A stretch of DNA of 64,000 nucleotides from Squalus acanthias (GCA_030390025.1 CM059432.1:75332001-75396000), one strand, 5' to 3'. Positions 48,931 to 62,386 are shown, counted from the stretch's first letter. The notes: generated by a model not told the origin, from the letters alone. A program made the numbers and translations.

Positions 48931-51900
48931 ATTTGACCGAGTGTGGCAAAATTTAAGTCAATGGGAATCAATGGGAATCAAGGGGGAAACTCTCCACTGG
49001 CTGAGGTCATACCTAGCACAAAGGAAGAAGGTTGTGATTGTTGTAGGTCAATCATCTCAGCCCCAGGACATTGCTGCAGGAGTTCCTCAGGGCAGTGTCC
49101 TAGGCCCAACCATCTTCAGCTGCTTCACCAATGGCCTTCCCTCCATCATAAGGTCAGAAGTGGGGATGTTCGCTGATGATTGCACAGTGTTCAGTTCAAT
49201 TCGCAATTCCTCAGATAGTGAAGCAGTCCGTGCCTGCATGCAGCAAGACCTCAACAATATTCAGGCTTTGGCTGATAAGTGGCAAGTAACATTCATGACA
49301 TACAAGCAATGACCATCTCCAACAAAAGAGAGTCTAACCACCTCCCCTTGGCATTTAACGACATTAGTATTGTCGAATCCCACACCATTGACCAGAAACT
49401 TAACTGGACCAGCCACATAAATACTGTGGCTACAAGAACAGATCAGAGGCTGGGTATTCTGCGGCGAGTGTCTCATCTCCTGACTCCCCAAAGCCTTTCC
49501 ACCATCTACAAGGCACAAGTCAGGAGTGTGATGGAATACTCTCCACTTGCCTGGACGAGTGCAGCTCCAACAACACTCAAGAAGCTCAAAACCATCCAAG
49601 ACAAAGCAGCCCACTTGATTGGCACCCCATCCACCACCTTAAACATTCACTCCCTCCACCACTGGCGCAATGTGGCTGCAGTGTGTACCATCTACATGAT
49701 GTACAGCAGCAACTCGCCAAGGCTTCTTCGACAGCACTTCCCAACCCGTGACTTCTAACAATTAGAAGGACAAGGGCAGCAGGCACATGGGAACACCACC
49801 ACCTCCAAGTTCCCCTCCAAGTCTCACACCATCCTGACTTGGAAATATGTCGCTGTTCCTTCATCGTCGTTGGGTCAAAATCCTGGAACTCCCTCCCTAA
49901 CAGCACTGTGGGAGTACCTTCACCACACGGACTGCAGTGGTTCAAGAAGGCGGCTCACCACCTCCTTCTCAAGGGCAATTAGGGATGGGCAATAAATGCT
50001 GGCCTTGTCAGCAACACCCACATCCTGTGAATGAATTTAAAAACAATTCTATGAAAACCAGATCCCCGATTGTAATCTTCCCACAGTGCCTGAGAAGAAC
50101 GGGTTGTGTGGGGTGCTAAAATGCTTATAGCGGCCTACTCACCTGAAACTCGCTGGCCTTGCACCCCATGCCATTTAGCAGGTGCATTCTGGCTAGCCAG
50201 TGAGGCCCTCGAGTCAGTAATGGTGTAATTTAGACTCCGACTATAGATTAATCCTTGGCAGCCGTGTTCGGCTCCCGGTGCTGGCCTCACCAGGAGCACT
50301 GGGTAGAAAGGAGCAGCTGGCCCAGAAGAGGGCTGAAAAGCCAAATAAATTAAGAAAAAACTGTTTCCTTGTGGACCAGGCGGAGCATTTTCCTCTGGGC
50401 TTCCCTCCCCTGACTGCGATAGACTACCCCACTCCCCACCCCCGGCCATTTATCTGACTGCTTGGATCATTCCTGCGGGACCCCGGCCACAGCCTCCTGT
50501 CGCACCTAGCCAACTCCCGCCTGCCAATCTGCTCTCATTGATGTCCGGTTTTATTGGGAGTTGGGCCTATTTAAATAAGACCCAAGAGATAAAATGACCT
50601 GGGCCTCATGTTGGCGAGTCGAGGCTTGAAAGTTTTTAAATGTTCCAACTTTCTAAGCCTTTGAGAGTGTTTATCTTTGCCTGCATCTCCAAGAAAGAGA
50701 TATTTAAGAGGCACAGGTTAGCTAACAACTTACCCTGGGGGGTAATTTTAACCTATCCCATGCACAGGAAACTGATGAGATTGGATCAGATGCCCCTTTC
50801 ACACCCTGCACAATTTTACTCCAATTGACTTGAAATTAAATATAAAATCAGGCAGGGTATAATATTGGTGGCCATTTTCATCCCCTCATCCTGCTGAGTG
50901 GGTTAGATTAAAATAACACCCCCCAACCCCCCATTTGGTAATGTTTATTATATTAGGTAATGGTTTATCTTATGCTGCCATAAGATTTCCATTCAATCTC
51001 TGAAAGTGAAGAAAGACTCACAATAGACCTGGCTTGAAGCATAAAGTTTGAAGCAAATTTATGAAATAAATGATGAACAAGTTAATGCATTAACAGTGAT
51101 ATAATAATGACAAGTGTACTGTAGGACTATCATGTAACCTTTTCAGTATGGTCTCCTCCTTTAAGACCCTGAGTGAAAGCCATGTCTCACCAAGCAGTCT
51201 CAATACAAAGACTTACTCCTTACAAACTGAACCAAGCAGGGCCCCTAAAATCCATGGGGATGAAATCAGTAGTTACGCTGGGATCATGCCTCTGGGATCG
51301 ACCACTGACCCTGACAAAGTTCATGGTGTCGGAAAGGGGCCTTCAGGAGTGGCCTTTTTCAGGGTAGGGGTGCATCTATGGTACCCCTTCCTGCTGAAGA
51401 CCTTGGAAATGCCAATGGTAGCTGATTAGCCCAGTAGGGGAGGGGGAAAGGTCTGAGGCTTTAAAACACCCCCCCAAAAAACATTCTGCCCCCCCCCCCC
51501 CTCATCTTCGGGGGTCCCACTTCTGCTCCTTTTGATCAGGTATATCTGGTGAGATCAGCATACCTATGTCGATCACATGCTGGGTCCGAACTAAAGCCAA
51601 GGACTGGGAGCTCCCAACTTATATTTGAAAACTGAGTCAGTGATTCCCTCCAAAACTTTGACAATACTGCATCAAAAGATTAAGGACCCAATATTCCGAT
51701 CGGGCCCTGGGCACAAACCTAGAAAAACTGCTGGATGAGAGCTGGAAAATGGGAAGGAGTCCGATTGCGTTGACCCATTTTCTGGTTTGTGGGGGGTGGT
51801 GGGGGGGTGGAGGTGGGGCATGAGCAAATTTTTGTTGGATCTTTTCTGGGCCTGGCCTGCTTTACTCTGAAATTTGGCTGGCAGTTTGGGGCAGGTGCAG

Positions 51901-52076
51901 CTAATATTTCAATCCTGACCACGCTACTGACCCTGTCCCTGCAATTTGGGATGGCATTGGCGTCCTTTGGAGTCAGCAGATTTAGGCTTCACTCTACCAT
52001 TCAACCAGTGGAGCAGGGCCAATGAAATTTCAACCCCTCAGTTTTCTGACAGTTTAGTACCTTCTGTACACATCTA

Positions 52077-52968
52077 GGGGGAAAAATTCGGTTGGATTGC
52101 GCCTCCCGTTAGCGCCTTAAGAGGGCGCTAATGGGGCGCAAAGCAACTAGCGCCCGTGCGCAGTGATGTTTGCGCCGCTCACGAAATTAACTAGACATTT
52201 TGTGGCGGCGCTAAACACTACCGCCATGACCTCCTGCGCCGGCCGATCGTGACGTCAGTTGAGAGTGCAACGCCCCGGTAGCGCCACGGACCGGATATTG
52301 AGTGGCACCCCCTCTTACCGCCTGCCGTTAGCAACGACAGGTTGAGAGGAGCGTTTTGCAGTCAGGAAGGGACTGGGGGAGAGCTATTTAAAGGCGACCG
52401 CTTCCTGCCTTTTTTTGTCGGCGAAATTTTTGCACCACGCATTCTGAGAGAGAGAGAGAGAGACTGCAGGAGATATTCAAAGCTGTGTTGAGGAGTTTTG
52501 GGTACTGAGCAGCACTTTGCAGGTTCTTTCTGGTTTGATCTTCCTTGCATCGATTTAGAAGAGAATATGGGGGCTGCAGTCTGAACTCTTTCCCTGGGCC
52601 TCTCCATTGTTCTTTCCAGCAGAATTGATGTACAGGTCTCTCCAGGCCGAGATTCAAGGCTGCAATGAGCAGGGTGTGGATGGAGAGCAAGATCGATCCT
52701 CCCCTTTAAGAACTGGCCGGCGCCAGTGTGTCTGTGTTCCATTGCTGACTGACATCACATGAGCTTCGCCAGCGCTCTGAGGTAGTGCCTAGCTCCTCGG
52801 CCTTTGCGCCTTAAGACAGGTGTGTAGCGCCTGATTTAGCGCTCCAATCACCTCCAGGGGCGATAAAAGGCAAGTTTGCAGTCGGAGGCGATAATTAGCG
52901 GCAGGCGCTAAACTTTGCGCCCGGCCGATAATCGCGCCCCAAACGGGGCAATACTGAATTTCTCCCCC
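52077..52968 (+). mobile_element. Harbinger MITE family 2
   Basis: TIR GGGGGAAAAATT / AATTTCTCCCCC; TSD CTA. Confidence 0.9.
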
Positions 52969-53857
52969 CTAAAATTTACAGTGACAACTACCAGAACAAC
53001 GTCAGGTAAAAATAGGATCTTTTCATCACAATCACCTTTGGCCCACTCACGTATTGGTACAGAGCAGCAATCTGGTTGATCTTTCACTTACGTTCCAGGG
53101 AGAGTGGGAAATGGGGAGAAAGATAGAGTAGACCTCACTCTAAAAAAAAATTTTTGTCAGATATTGGGCTAGATTCTCCTCTGTAATCCCACCTGAAATC
53201 AGATAGGCCAGCAGCGGAAAATGAGGGAAAATTTGGGTGGTGAGGCCTACTGCCACCTTATTGTTGGACTTGCATTTCCCCCCTCTCACTCCCACCGGGA
53301 CCCCTGCTGCTGGCTACTCCTTTTCTGACAGGAGAGTGGGGCCCGGGTCCCCAGCAGATTTCCCTCTTATACAACCATAATACCAATGCTTCCCATGGCT
53401 GCCATTCGGAAGATGACAGTGGGCCCCGGAAAGCAGCATTAAAAGCCCTGAGGTGCCCCCATGGAGCGAGAGAGCCTTGTAGTGGCCTCCCCTCCCTTCA
53501 ATCCACCCTCAGACCTTACCTTCCGAAGGCCCTGGTCTCAGCAAGACCTTCAGTGGGACATGGATTCTGTTCCTCGAGCATTTCTGTTCATTACTGCCTC
53601 TCCTGACTCTTTTGGTGCTGCAGTAGTGGTCATGCTCAAGCAGCAGCTGAACTTCCCTGTTCTGCAGGGCGGGCTCCCTCTTGGTGGCTGCAATTCTACG
53701 GGCAGCCCGCCCTGTATACGAAGTGACCCCTGAACCAGGCAACTGGGTCTGGTAGTGTCAGGGGGCAGGTGGAAGGCCCGCCCCTCCGGAACAACACCGC
53801 TGGGGGGAGAGTCCTGGCTATTGTATCATAAGGAGCGAGTGTTCTGCTAAGACAATG

Positions 53858-54290
53858 AAAAGAAAGACTTGCATTTATATAGTGCCTTTCACGACCACCG
53901 GACATCTCAAAGCGCTTTACAGCCAATGAAGTACTTTTGAAGTGGAGTCACTGTTGTAATGTGGGGAACACAGCAGCCAATTTGCACACAGCAAGCTCCC
54001 ACAAACAGCAATGTGATAATGACCAGATAATCTGTTATGTTGGTTCAGGGATAAATATTGGCTAGGACACAGGGGATAACTCCCCTGCTCTTCTTCGAAA
54101 TAGTGCCATGGGATCTTTTACATCCACCTGAAAGAGCAGATGGGGCCTCCGAAAGACGGCACCTCCGACAGTGCAGCACTCCCTCAGCACTGCACTGGAG
54201 TGTCAGCCTAGATTTATGTGCTCAAGTGCCTGGAGTGGAACCTGAACCCACAACCTTCTGACTCAGATGCAAGAGTGCTACCCACTGACA
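53858..54290 (-). mobile_element. Deu-SINE (SacSINE1-like)
   Basis: Closely similar to 48171-48640. Confidence 0.88.
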
Positions 54291-54446
54291 CACTGATGCG
54301 GCAAGGATAAGGAAAAGCAAAATGCTAATCTATTTCAATTCCATATTTTTGAAGATTTGAGGTAACCAGCTTCTTTGGTGGCTTTGAATGACCATCTGAG
54401 ATATTTGGTTTGTTGGCAGCTATTCATTATTTGGTTTAAAATTAAG

Positions 54447-54930
54447 CCTTTCCACCATCTACAAGACACAAGTAAGGAGTGTGATGGAATACTCTCCACT
54501 TGCCTGGATGAGTGCAGCTCCAACAATACTCAAGAAGCTCGACACCATCCAGGACAAAGCAGCCCTTTTGATTGGCAAACCATCCACCACCTTAAACATT
54601 CACTCCCTCCACCACTGGCGTACTGTGGCTGCAGTGTGTACCATCTACAAGATTCACTGCAGCAACTCGCCAAGGCTTCTTCGGCAGCACCTCCCAAACC
54701 CGCGACCTCTTCCACCTAGAAGTACAAGGGCAGCAGGCGCATGGGAACACCACCACCTCCAAGTTCCCCTCCAAGTCACACACCATCCTGACTTGGGAGT
54801 ACCTTCACCACACGGACTGCAGCGGTTCAAGAAGGCGGCTCACCACCACCTTCTCAAGGGCAACTAGGGATGGGCAATAAATGCTTGTCTTGCCAGCGAC
54901 GCCCAGATCCCATAAGCGAATTAAAAAAAA
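54447..54930 (+). mobile_element. 3' fragment of the same LINE family as 48931-50040
   Basis: MEYSPLAWMSAAPT...FKKAAHHHLLKGN and the same 3' tail. Confidence 0.88.
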
Positions 54931-55619
54931 AGCTATAAAGACATTTCTACCATACAAACCAGTATCCAAACAACTTACTTTTAAAACAGATGCCTATTTT
55001 CAAATTTTTCTCTGCTACTTTTCTCCGCTTTACCCTTGAGGACATACTGGAATATAGTTCTGGGGTACCAGTTGCTCTGATACCTCACTCACGTGGCCAT
55101 AATTCGCATGTGAGCTTTGACAGTGAATATTTTCAAGCTATTGAAACATGAGAAGCATCACAACCATACCTGATCCTGACCCCACGCAACATACTCACTG
55201 GATAAGCAATCAGGAGCCAGAACTCTTGGCAATTGTCCTCTCCCTAACATTGGGGTGCTGCAACCAACTGTAGAACCCCTATCAGCACTCTGAACTAAGA
55301 TCAGCTAATTTACCACAGACTGCAGATTGAACCTGGAACTCTCTGGTCTGTATGACTCTGCTGTTCACTGGATAGAACAGCAAGAAAACTACCAGGAGGG
55401 TGATTCTACGATCTGGCATTTTAAGCATGGAGTGGCGCTCACAGGGAATTCATCTCAGGAAACTGTAGGCATGCACCCCACAAATTTCCATCCATAATTT
55501 TAAAAGATCACCATGTGTATGACTGCAGTATTCCAAGATGCACTCTCTGTGAGCGCCGCCAGTTGCTGAACGCGCTAGATTGTGGAACTGCCCCCCACTG
55601 ACAGAACTCAATCCATACC

Positions 55620-56603
55620 CCGCTGTTTCCACATGTACGTTGATGACACCCAGCTCTACCTCACCACCACCTCTCTCGACCCCTCCACTCTCTCTAAATT
55701 GTCAGACTGCTTGTCTGACCTCCAGTACTGGATGAGCAGAAATTTTCTCCAACTAAATATTGGGAAGACTGAAGCCATTGTCTTCAGTCCCCGCCACAAA
55801 CTCCGTTCCATAGCCACCAACTCCATCTCTTTCCCTGGTAACTGTCTGAGACTGAACCAGACTGTTCGCAACCTTGGTGTCATATTTGACCCGGAATGAA
55901 CTTCCGACCATATAGCCGTAGCATAACTAAGACCGCCTATTTCCACCTCTGTAACATCGCCCGACTCCACCCCTGCCTCAGCTCATCTGCTGCTGAAACC
56001 CTCATTTGCTGCCTTTAAACTTGACTATTCCGATGCACTCCTGGCTGGCCTCCCATTTTCTACCCTCCGTAAACTTGAGGTCATCCAAAACTCTGCTGCC
56101 CGTGTCCTAACTCGCACCAAGTCCCGTTCACCCATCACCCCTGTGCTCGCTGACCTACACTGGCTCCCGGTTAAGCAAAGCCTCGATTTTAGAATTCTCA
56201 TCCTTGTTTTCAAATCCCTTCATGGCCTCGCCCCTCCCTATCTCTGTAATCTCCTCAGCCCTACAACCACCCCCCCCCCCACCCCCCAAGATATCTGCAT
56301 TCCTCTAATTCTGGCCTCTTGAGCTTCCCCAAATTTAATCGCTCTAGCATTGGCGGCCGTGCCTTCAGCTGCCAAGGCCCTAAGCTCTGGAATTCCCTCC
56401 TTATCCTCTCCGCCTCGCTACCTCTCTTTCCTCCTTTAAGACGCTCCTTAAAACCTACCTCTTTGACCAAGCTTCTGGTCACCTGTCCTAATATCTCCTT
56501 ATGTGGCTCGGTGTCAAATTTTGCTTGATAATGCTGCTGTGAAGTGCCTTGGGACATTTTACTACGTTAAAGAGGCTATATAAATACAAATTGTTGTTGT
56601 TGT
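55620..56603 (+). mobile_element. L2 LINE 3' fragment
   Basis: YVDDTQLY, VRNLGVIFD, GGRAFSCQGPKLWNSL; (TGT)n tail. Confidence 0.9.
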
Positions 56604-57999
56604 ATATCAAGCCTGGCTAAGGAGGTTTCAGGTTACTTTTTATTGATTTTACCAAAATAGCAAAACTTTTGAGACATTTGGTATGAAGACTGCTTCATTC
56701 ACTTTTATCCACATCTGAGAAAAAAAATAATGGCATGCAGCCAACACTGCACATGTTTTTAAAGTGCTGTTTGTTGATAATATTGCAATGGGCTGAAAAA
56801 TAATCTGTGAGAATAAATGCATCATATAAAGAAGCTTATTAAATCAAAACTTTTACAGGTCTCTCCCATTGATTGCTGGTGGTCAGTTTACTTCTAATCC
56901 ATTCTATCATTATCATATGCTAGAATTAGTGGCACTGTGTGTTCAATAAGTCTTCGTAGGCATCCCTGTATTTGGGTTGCATTGAATCAGTTATTATGTC
57001 AGGAGACTCAGTAAGTCAATTTGTTGTGCCATTTTATTGAAGAATGCACAGTCCTGTCTCACTGCTCTGACAGTCATTCTAGCTGCATTATTCAATAAAT
57101 CTATTTAAATTGTACGCAGTATTTCTCTCCACCTGGAAAACTTCCAAAGTGGTCTATTTCATCTGGCTAATGTCAGGAAAGTATAGCTAAAGAACGCTAC
57201 AAAACTCTGTCACTGTAGCCAGGAATTGATTTATCAGGCCAAGGGACTGAAGAGGATCCTCACGGAACGCAGGGAGGCTGAAAGAAGGACGGAACTGGTA
57301 AGAAGAAAGGGAAAAAGGAAATGAAAGAAAAGCAAGGAAATCAATTTGATAGAGAGAGAGCGAGAGAGCTTCATATTTTACTCAAGCTCTTCTGATCCAG
57401 CTTTTCTCTAAAACTCCAGTTAGACCCATGCAGTGACAGTATTGGTTGTGTTACCTTGAATTAAATCTAAATTGAAAGCTAACTCAACTTGGAGATTAAT
57501 TAATTCCAAGATCCAGCTCTGCTTGGGTAGAGTTTGCTTGAATTTAATCTGAGCTAAACTACTGTTCCAAATCAAAGTTCTTCACAGAAACAGTGCACAT
57601 CAGCAGAATGTGGAATAAAGCCAAACAAGAAACTCCTCCCTCCAGCTGACAGTCTTTGACTGTGGTTTGAAACCCAGTTTATTCTGCAACAACCTTGTGA
57701 AGAAGGTCATCTCAAAGACTCAGAGAAAACCTACAATATTAAATAAAATATGGCTGGAGTTTTCTGCTTCCACACTCACCAGTCCTCAATTCACTTTAAT
57801 GGACGGATAATTGTGGGCTGGCCAGTACTGAAATGAAAAACCCTAGCCCAGGTGTCCTGTATAATAACAATACTATTCCACAAATCTAGCAATCATTTTA
57901 GCTTTATTTGCAGAACTCACTACCACATGAAATAGTTGAAATGAATAGCATAGATGCATTTAAGGGGAAGCTAGATAAGTACATGAGGGAGAAACAAAT

Positions 58000-59682
58000 A
58001 CATAGGATTACATAGGATAAAAAGCACAGAACAAGCCAATCGGCCCAACCAGTCCATGCCGGCGTTTATGCTCCACTCGAGCCTCCTCCCATCTTTCCTC
58101 ACCTATCTCTATCAGCATAACGCTCTATTCCCTTCTCCCTTCTGCTTATCTAGCCTTCCCTTAAATGCATCTATACTTTTCATTTCAAATACTCCCTGTG
58201 GTAGCGAGTTCCACATTCTCACCACTCGCTGGGTAAAGAAGTTCCTTCTGAATTCCCTTTTTGATTTCTTGGTCACTATCTTATATTGATGGCCTCTAGT
58301 TTTGCTCTTCCCCACAAGTGGAAACACTCTCTCTGTGTCTACTCTATCAAAACCTTTCATAATTTTAAAGACCTTTATTAGGTCATCCCTCAGCCGTCTC
58401 TTTTCAAGAGAAATGAGACCCAGCCTGTTCATCCTTTCCTGATAGGTATACCCTCGCATTTCTGGTATCATCCTTGTACATCTTTTTTGCACCCTTTCTA
58501 GTGCCTCTGTATCTTTTTTATAATATTATCGACCAGAATTGTACACAGTACTCCAAGTGTGGTCTAACCAAGGTTCGATACAAGTTTAGCATAACTTCGC
58601 TACTTTTCAATTCTATCCCTCTAGAAATAAACCCTAGTGCTTGGTTTGCTTTTTTTTATGGCCTTATTAACCTGTGTTGCTACTTTTAGTAATTTGTGTA
58701 TTTGTACTCCGAGATCCCTTTGCTCTTCTACCCCATTTAGATTCTTATTTTCCAAGTAATATGTGACCTCCTTATTTTTCTTACCAAAATGTAATGCCTC
58801 ACATTTATTTGTGTTGAAATTCATTTGCCAATTGTATGCCCATTCTGCAAGTTTATTGATATCTTCTTGTAATTTGTTGCAGTCCTCCTCAGTATTGAAT
58901 TTGGTGTCATCCTCAATTTTAGAAATTGTGTTTTTGATTCCAAAGTCTAAATCATTAATATAAATTGTGAACAACATTGGTCCCAGCACTGATCCTTGTG
59001 GACCACCACAACCCACCTTCTGCCACTCTGAATAGCTACCCTTTACTCCTACTCTCTATTTTCTGTTGTGAAGCCAGCTAGCTATCCATTCTGCTACTTG
59101 TCCCCTGACTCCGCATGCTCTGACCTTATTCATTAGTCTATTATGTGGTACCTTATCGAAGGCCTTTTGGAAATCTAGATAAATTACATCTACTACATTA
59201 CCCTTGTCTACTCTCTCTGTTACCTCTTCAAAGAATTCAATGAGGTTGGTCAAGCAAGACTTTCCCTTTTGTAATCCATGCTGACTATTCATTATTAGAT
59301 TTTTGGTTTGGAGATTTTCTTCTATTTTTTTCCATTAGTAGGGATTCCATTATTTTTCCTACCATTGATCTTAAGCTGACTGGTCTATAGTTCCCTGGAC
59401 ATGTTCTATCTCCCTTCTTAAATATAGGTATTAGTTTAGCTATTTGCCAGTCCTCGAGCACTACACCTTTTTCTAACTATTAAATATGTGTAATAGTGCC
59501 TCTGCTATCTCTTCCCTTGATTCTTTTAAAATGCGCGGATGTAATTTGTCCAGACCAGGGGTTTTATCCTCTTTGAGTTTGATTAATTTATTTAATATTT
59601 CTCCTCTTTTTATTTTAAATGTGGTTATATCATTTCTGATCTCATCATCCAATGTCATGTCCACCTGATCTGTCTCCCTGAT
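58000..59682 (-). mobile_element. CR1 LINE RT region, degenerate
   Basis: KTPGLDKLHPRILKE, YLDFQKAFDKVPH, PQGSVLGP, RNFFTQRVV. Confidence 0.9.
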
Positions 59683-59895
59683 AAATCTGGAACTCACTGC
59701 CTGAAAGGGTGGTAGAGGCAGGAACCCTCACAACAGTCAAGAAGCATTTAGATGAGGACTTGAAACGCCATAGCATACAAGGCTACGGACCAAGTGCTGG
59801 AAAATGGGATTAGAATAGACAGGGCTTGATGGCCGGCGCGGACACGATGGGCTGAAGGGCCTCTTTCTGTGCTGTATAACTCTATATGACTCGAT
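59683..59895 (+). mobile_element. CR1 3' end, same subfamily as the 22450 element
   Basis: Reverse-complement match to ~22455-22660. Confidence 0.85.
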
Positions 59896-60698
59896 GACTC
59901 ACTTTATTTTAACCATCTTTTTACACTCCTGTTCTGTAACTCTATTTATAGAAGGATATGTTGATAGGGAACCATGCAAATGGGAATATTTTACCAAATC
60001 ACTTCACTCATATAAAAAAATCAAACGCTAAAGGAATCATCTAGGATTTTACAATTTACCCCGATTTGTTTCCTTATTCATGATTTCATGTTGGCTTGAA
60101 CATTCAGCCTTATATAAGCTTCATCTATTCATTCCATGTGCAACATGTAAATTGTGGCTCTTAAGCAGCTGCCCTGACACATAATCCATGCATTTACTAG
60201 ATATACTGTTAATTCTTTGTGACAAGCAACAGAATCCTTCGTACTCCTGAATGGTACATTCTACAGCAGGCAGTCTAATGAGTGCTGTGTAATCAATAGA
60301 GCTTGTCTGTTTAACTCCAGTTAGGATTAGTAATGGGCTTGAAATTAGGGAGTGATATTAATATTTCTTTTTACTAATTATTCTGTATTGCAATTTAACG
60401 TCTGTTCTCTGTTTATTGTGTTCATTATACTTTCCAAGTTGTTATATATCAGGTACCTTGGTTTTCAGGGTGTAAGCTTAATGTGATGGTTATACCATAA
60501 TATCTGTTGGCCACTTGAAGGGTGGGGGGGAAGCAAGATTTAGGAAATAGAGCAAAACTTCAGCTAGATGAAAGAATAGCTGAATTGCACCAAATTATCA
60601 ATTTTTTAAGGTGTCACAGATATCAACTCCAGCAGTTTTAACCGCCTTTTAAGAAAGTGTGAATTTAGCAGCAGATTCACAATAGTAGTGACTCAAAG

Positions 60699-62156
60699 GT
60701 CCCAATATTTACTTGGAGCCAGGAAGAGAGCAGGGGGAGGGGTTTGCAGACAGAAAACTCTAAATTACGGGGTTCCTGCAGGTCCTACCGAACTTAACAG
60801 TAAAACCAGTTTTTAAATTTTTCAGGTAAGTCAGAGGTCGCATGGAGGCAGGAGGGAAGACAATCACGGCGGGGGGGGGGGGGGGGGGGTTGGAAATTGC
60901 GGTTGTTGGTGGGGACAGTTGGAATCACAGTGAGCGGCTAGATATCACGGGGTGGGGGGGTGAGCAGTCAGAGATGGTGGGGTGGGGGGTGAGCAGTCAG
61001 AGATGGTGGGGTGGGGGGGGTGAGCAGTCAGAGATGGTGGAGTGGGGGGTGAGCAGTCAGAGATGGTGGGGTGGGGGGGGGGTGAGCAGTCAGAGATGGT
61101 GGGGTGGGGGGGGGGGTGAGCAGTCAGAGATCGCGGGGGTGGGGGGGGTGAGCAGTCAGAGATGGTGGGGTGGGGGGTGAGCAGTCAGAGATGGTGGGGT
61201 GGGGGGGTGAGCAGTCAGAGATGGTGGGGTGGGGGGTGAGCAGTCAGAGATGGTGGGGTGGGGGGGGGGGTGAGCAGTCAGAGATCGCGGGGTGGGGGGG
61301 GTGAGCAGTCAGAGATGGTGGGGTGGGGGGTGAGCAGTCAGAGATGGTGGGGTGGGGGGTGAGCAGTCAGAGATGGTGGGGTGGGGGGTGAGCAGTCAGA
61401 GATGGTGGGGTGGGGGGGGGTGAGCAGTCAGAGATCGCGGGGGTGGGGGGGTGAGCAGTCAGAGATGGTGGGGTGGGGGGTGAGCAGTCAGAGATGGTGG
61501 GGTGGGGGGGTGAGCAGTCAGAGATGGTGGGGTGGGGGGGGGGTGAGCAGTCAGAGATCGCGGGGTGGGGGGGGTGAGCAGTCAGAGATGGTGGGGTGGG
61601 GGGGGTGAGCAGTCAGAGATGGTGGGGTGGAGGGTGAGCAGCCAAGATCGCGGGGGTACGGGGTGGGGGGGGGGGGGTGGTGGGGGTGAGTGAGGGATGA
61701 TCACGGGAGCAGTCGGAAATGATGGTGAGCAGCTAGAGATTGTAGGGGAGTCAGACGTCCTGGTGTCCGATAATGGGGTATGTAAAGAGGTTAGTTTGGG
61801 AGGCCAGGGGATGCAATCCTGCTCCTCCTGACCCACAAGCAGTGCTGGAAATGCATTTACCCTATGGATCCGGCCCTTCTCGCCTCCTTTTAGCTGCTGC
61901 GATCCTGCGCCTGGGGAACCCGGCCTCTACGGGTTAAAAATTAAAATGTAGGCAAAATGGAGCACGCAGCCTCCTTAAAAGGTTATACTGACCGACCCAC
62001 ATCCTGAGATTGGGTTGGTCATCCGCCCCCAACCCGCCCTCCGTTAAAACCGGAAGTGGGCGGGTTGGAGGCAGGTTGGGGTCAGGTTTGAAAAATTTAC
62101 ATTTTTTATCTCCCACCCACCTCCAACCCACCCATGCCTGGGGGTTAAAATCTCCC
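60699..62156. mobile_element. Probable Harbinger-type non-autonomous element carrying a minisatellite
   Basis: GGTCCCAATATTTAC ... GGTTAAAATCTCCC ends; right part resembles the 8749-9089 element. Confidence 0.5.
60960..61650 (+). repeat. G-rich minisatellite, ~22 units of GAGCAGTCAGAGATGGTGGGGTG(n)T
   Basis: Tandem units of ~29-35 bp counted by eye. Confidence 0.95.
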
Positions 62157-62386
62157 TCCTAACATTACAATGCAATCTTATGATACATTGGGGTAATTTT
62201 TCCATCAACTAGGCAGTTATATGCTGGAGCAGATCGCCCAATCTTTATAGAACCCACCCGATTTTCATTCCAGATTACTGCCCAGAACAAGAATCTACCC
62301 CATTATTCCTTCAAGAGCAATGCATTCCGTTAAGGTGAAAAAAATCGGGCTAATGCATGGACTTCACACCATTCATTTCAATATGA

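Larger units (their letters stand above)
47051..50040 (+). mobile_element. CR1-clade-like LINE with tRNA-derived SINE-like 5' head; internally deleted and interrupted at 47866-48930
   Basis: A box TAGCATAGTGG at 47058, B box GTTCAAATCCC at 47125; degenerate EN N-terminus (LVKQQPDIV, ITIPGHVLSHRQDRP); RT GVPQGSVLGP and FADD; tail GGGCAATTAGGGATGGGCAATAAATGCTGG. Confidence 0.8.

Noticed and set aside
50060..55590. Several additional degenerate MITE-like GC patches (e.g. 50737-50922, 51686-52037, 53167-53820, 55397-55590)
   Set aside because: The ends resemble Harbinger TIRs but are too decayed to bound or assign confidently.
60960..61650. CRISPR array
   Set aside because: The sequences between repeats are G-runs rather than unique spacers; eukaryotic context with no cas genes.
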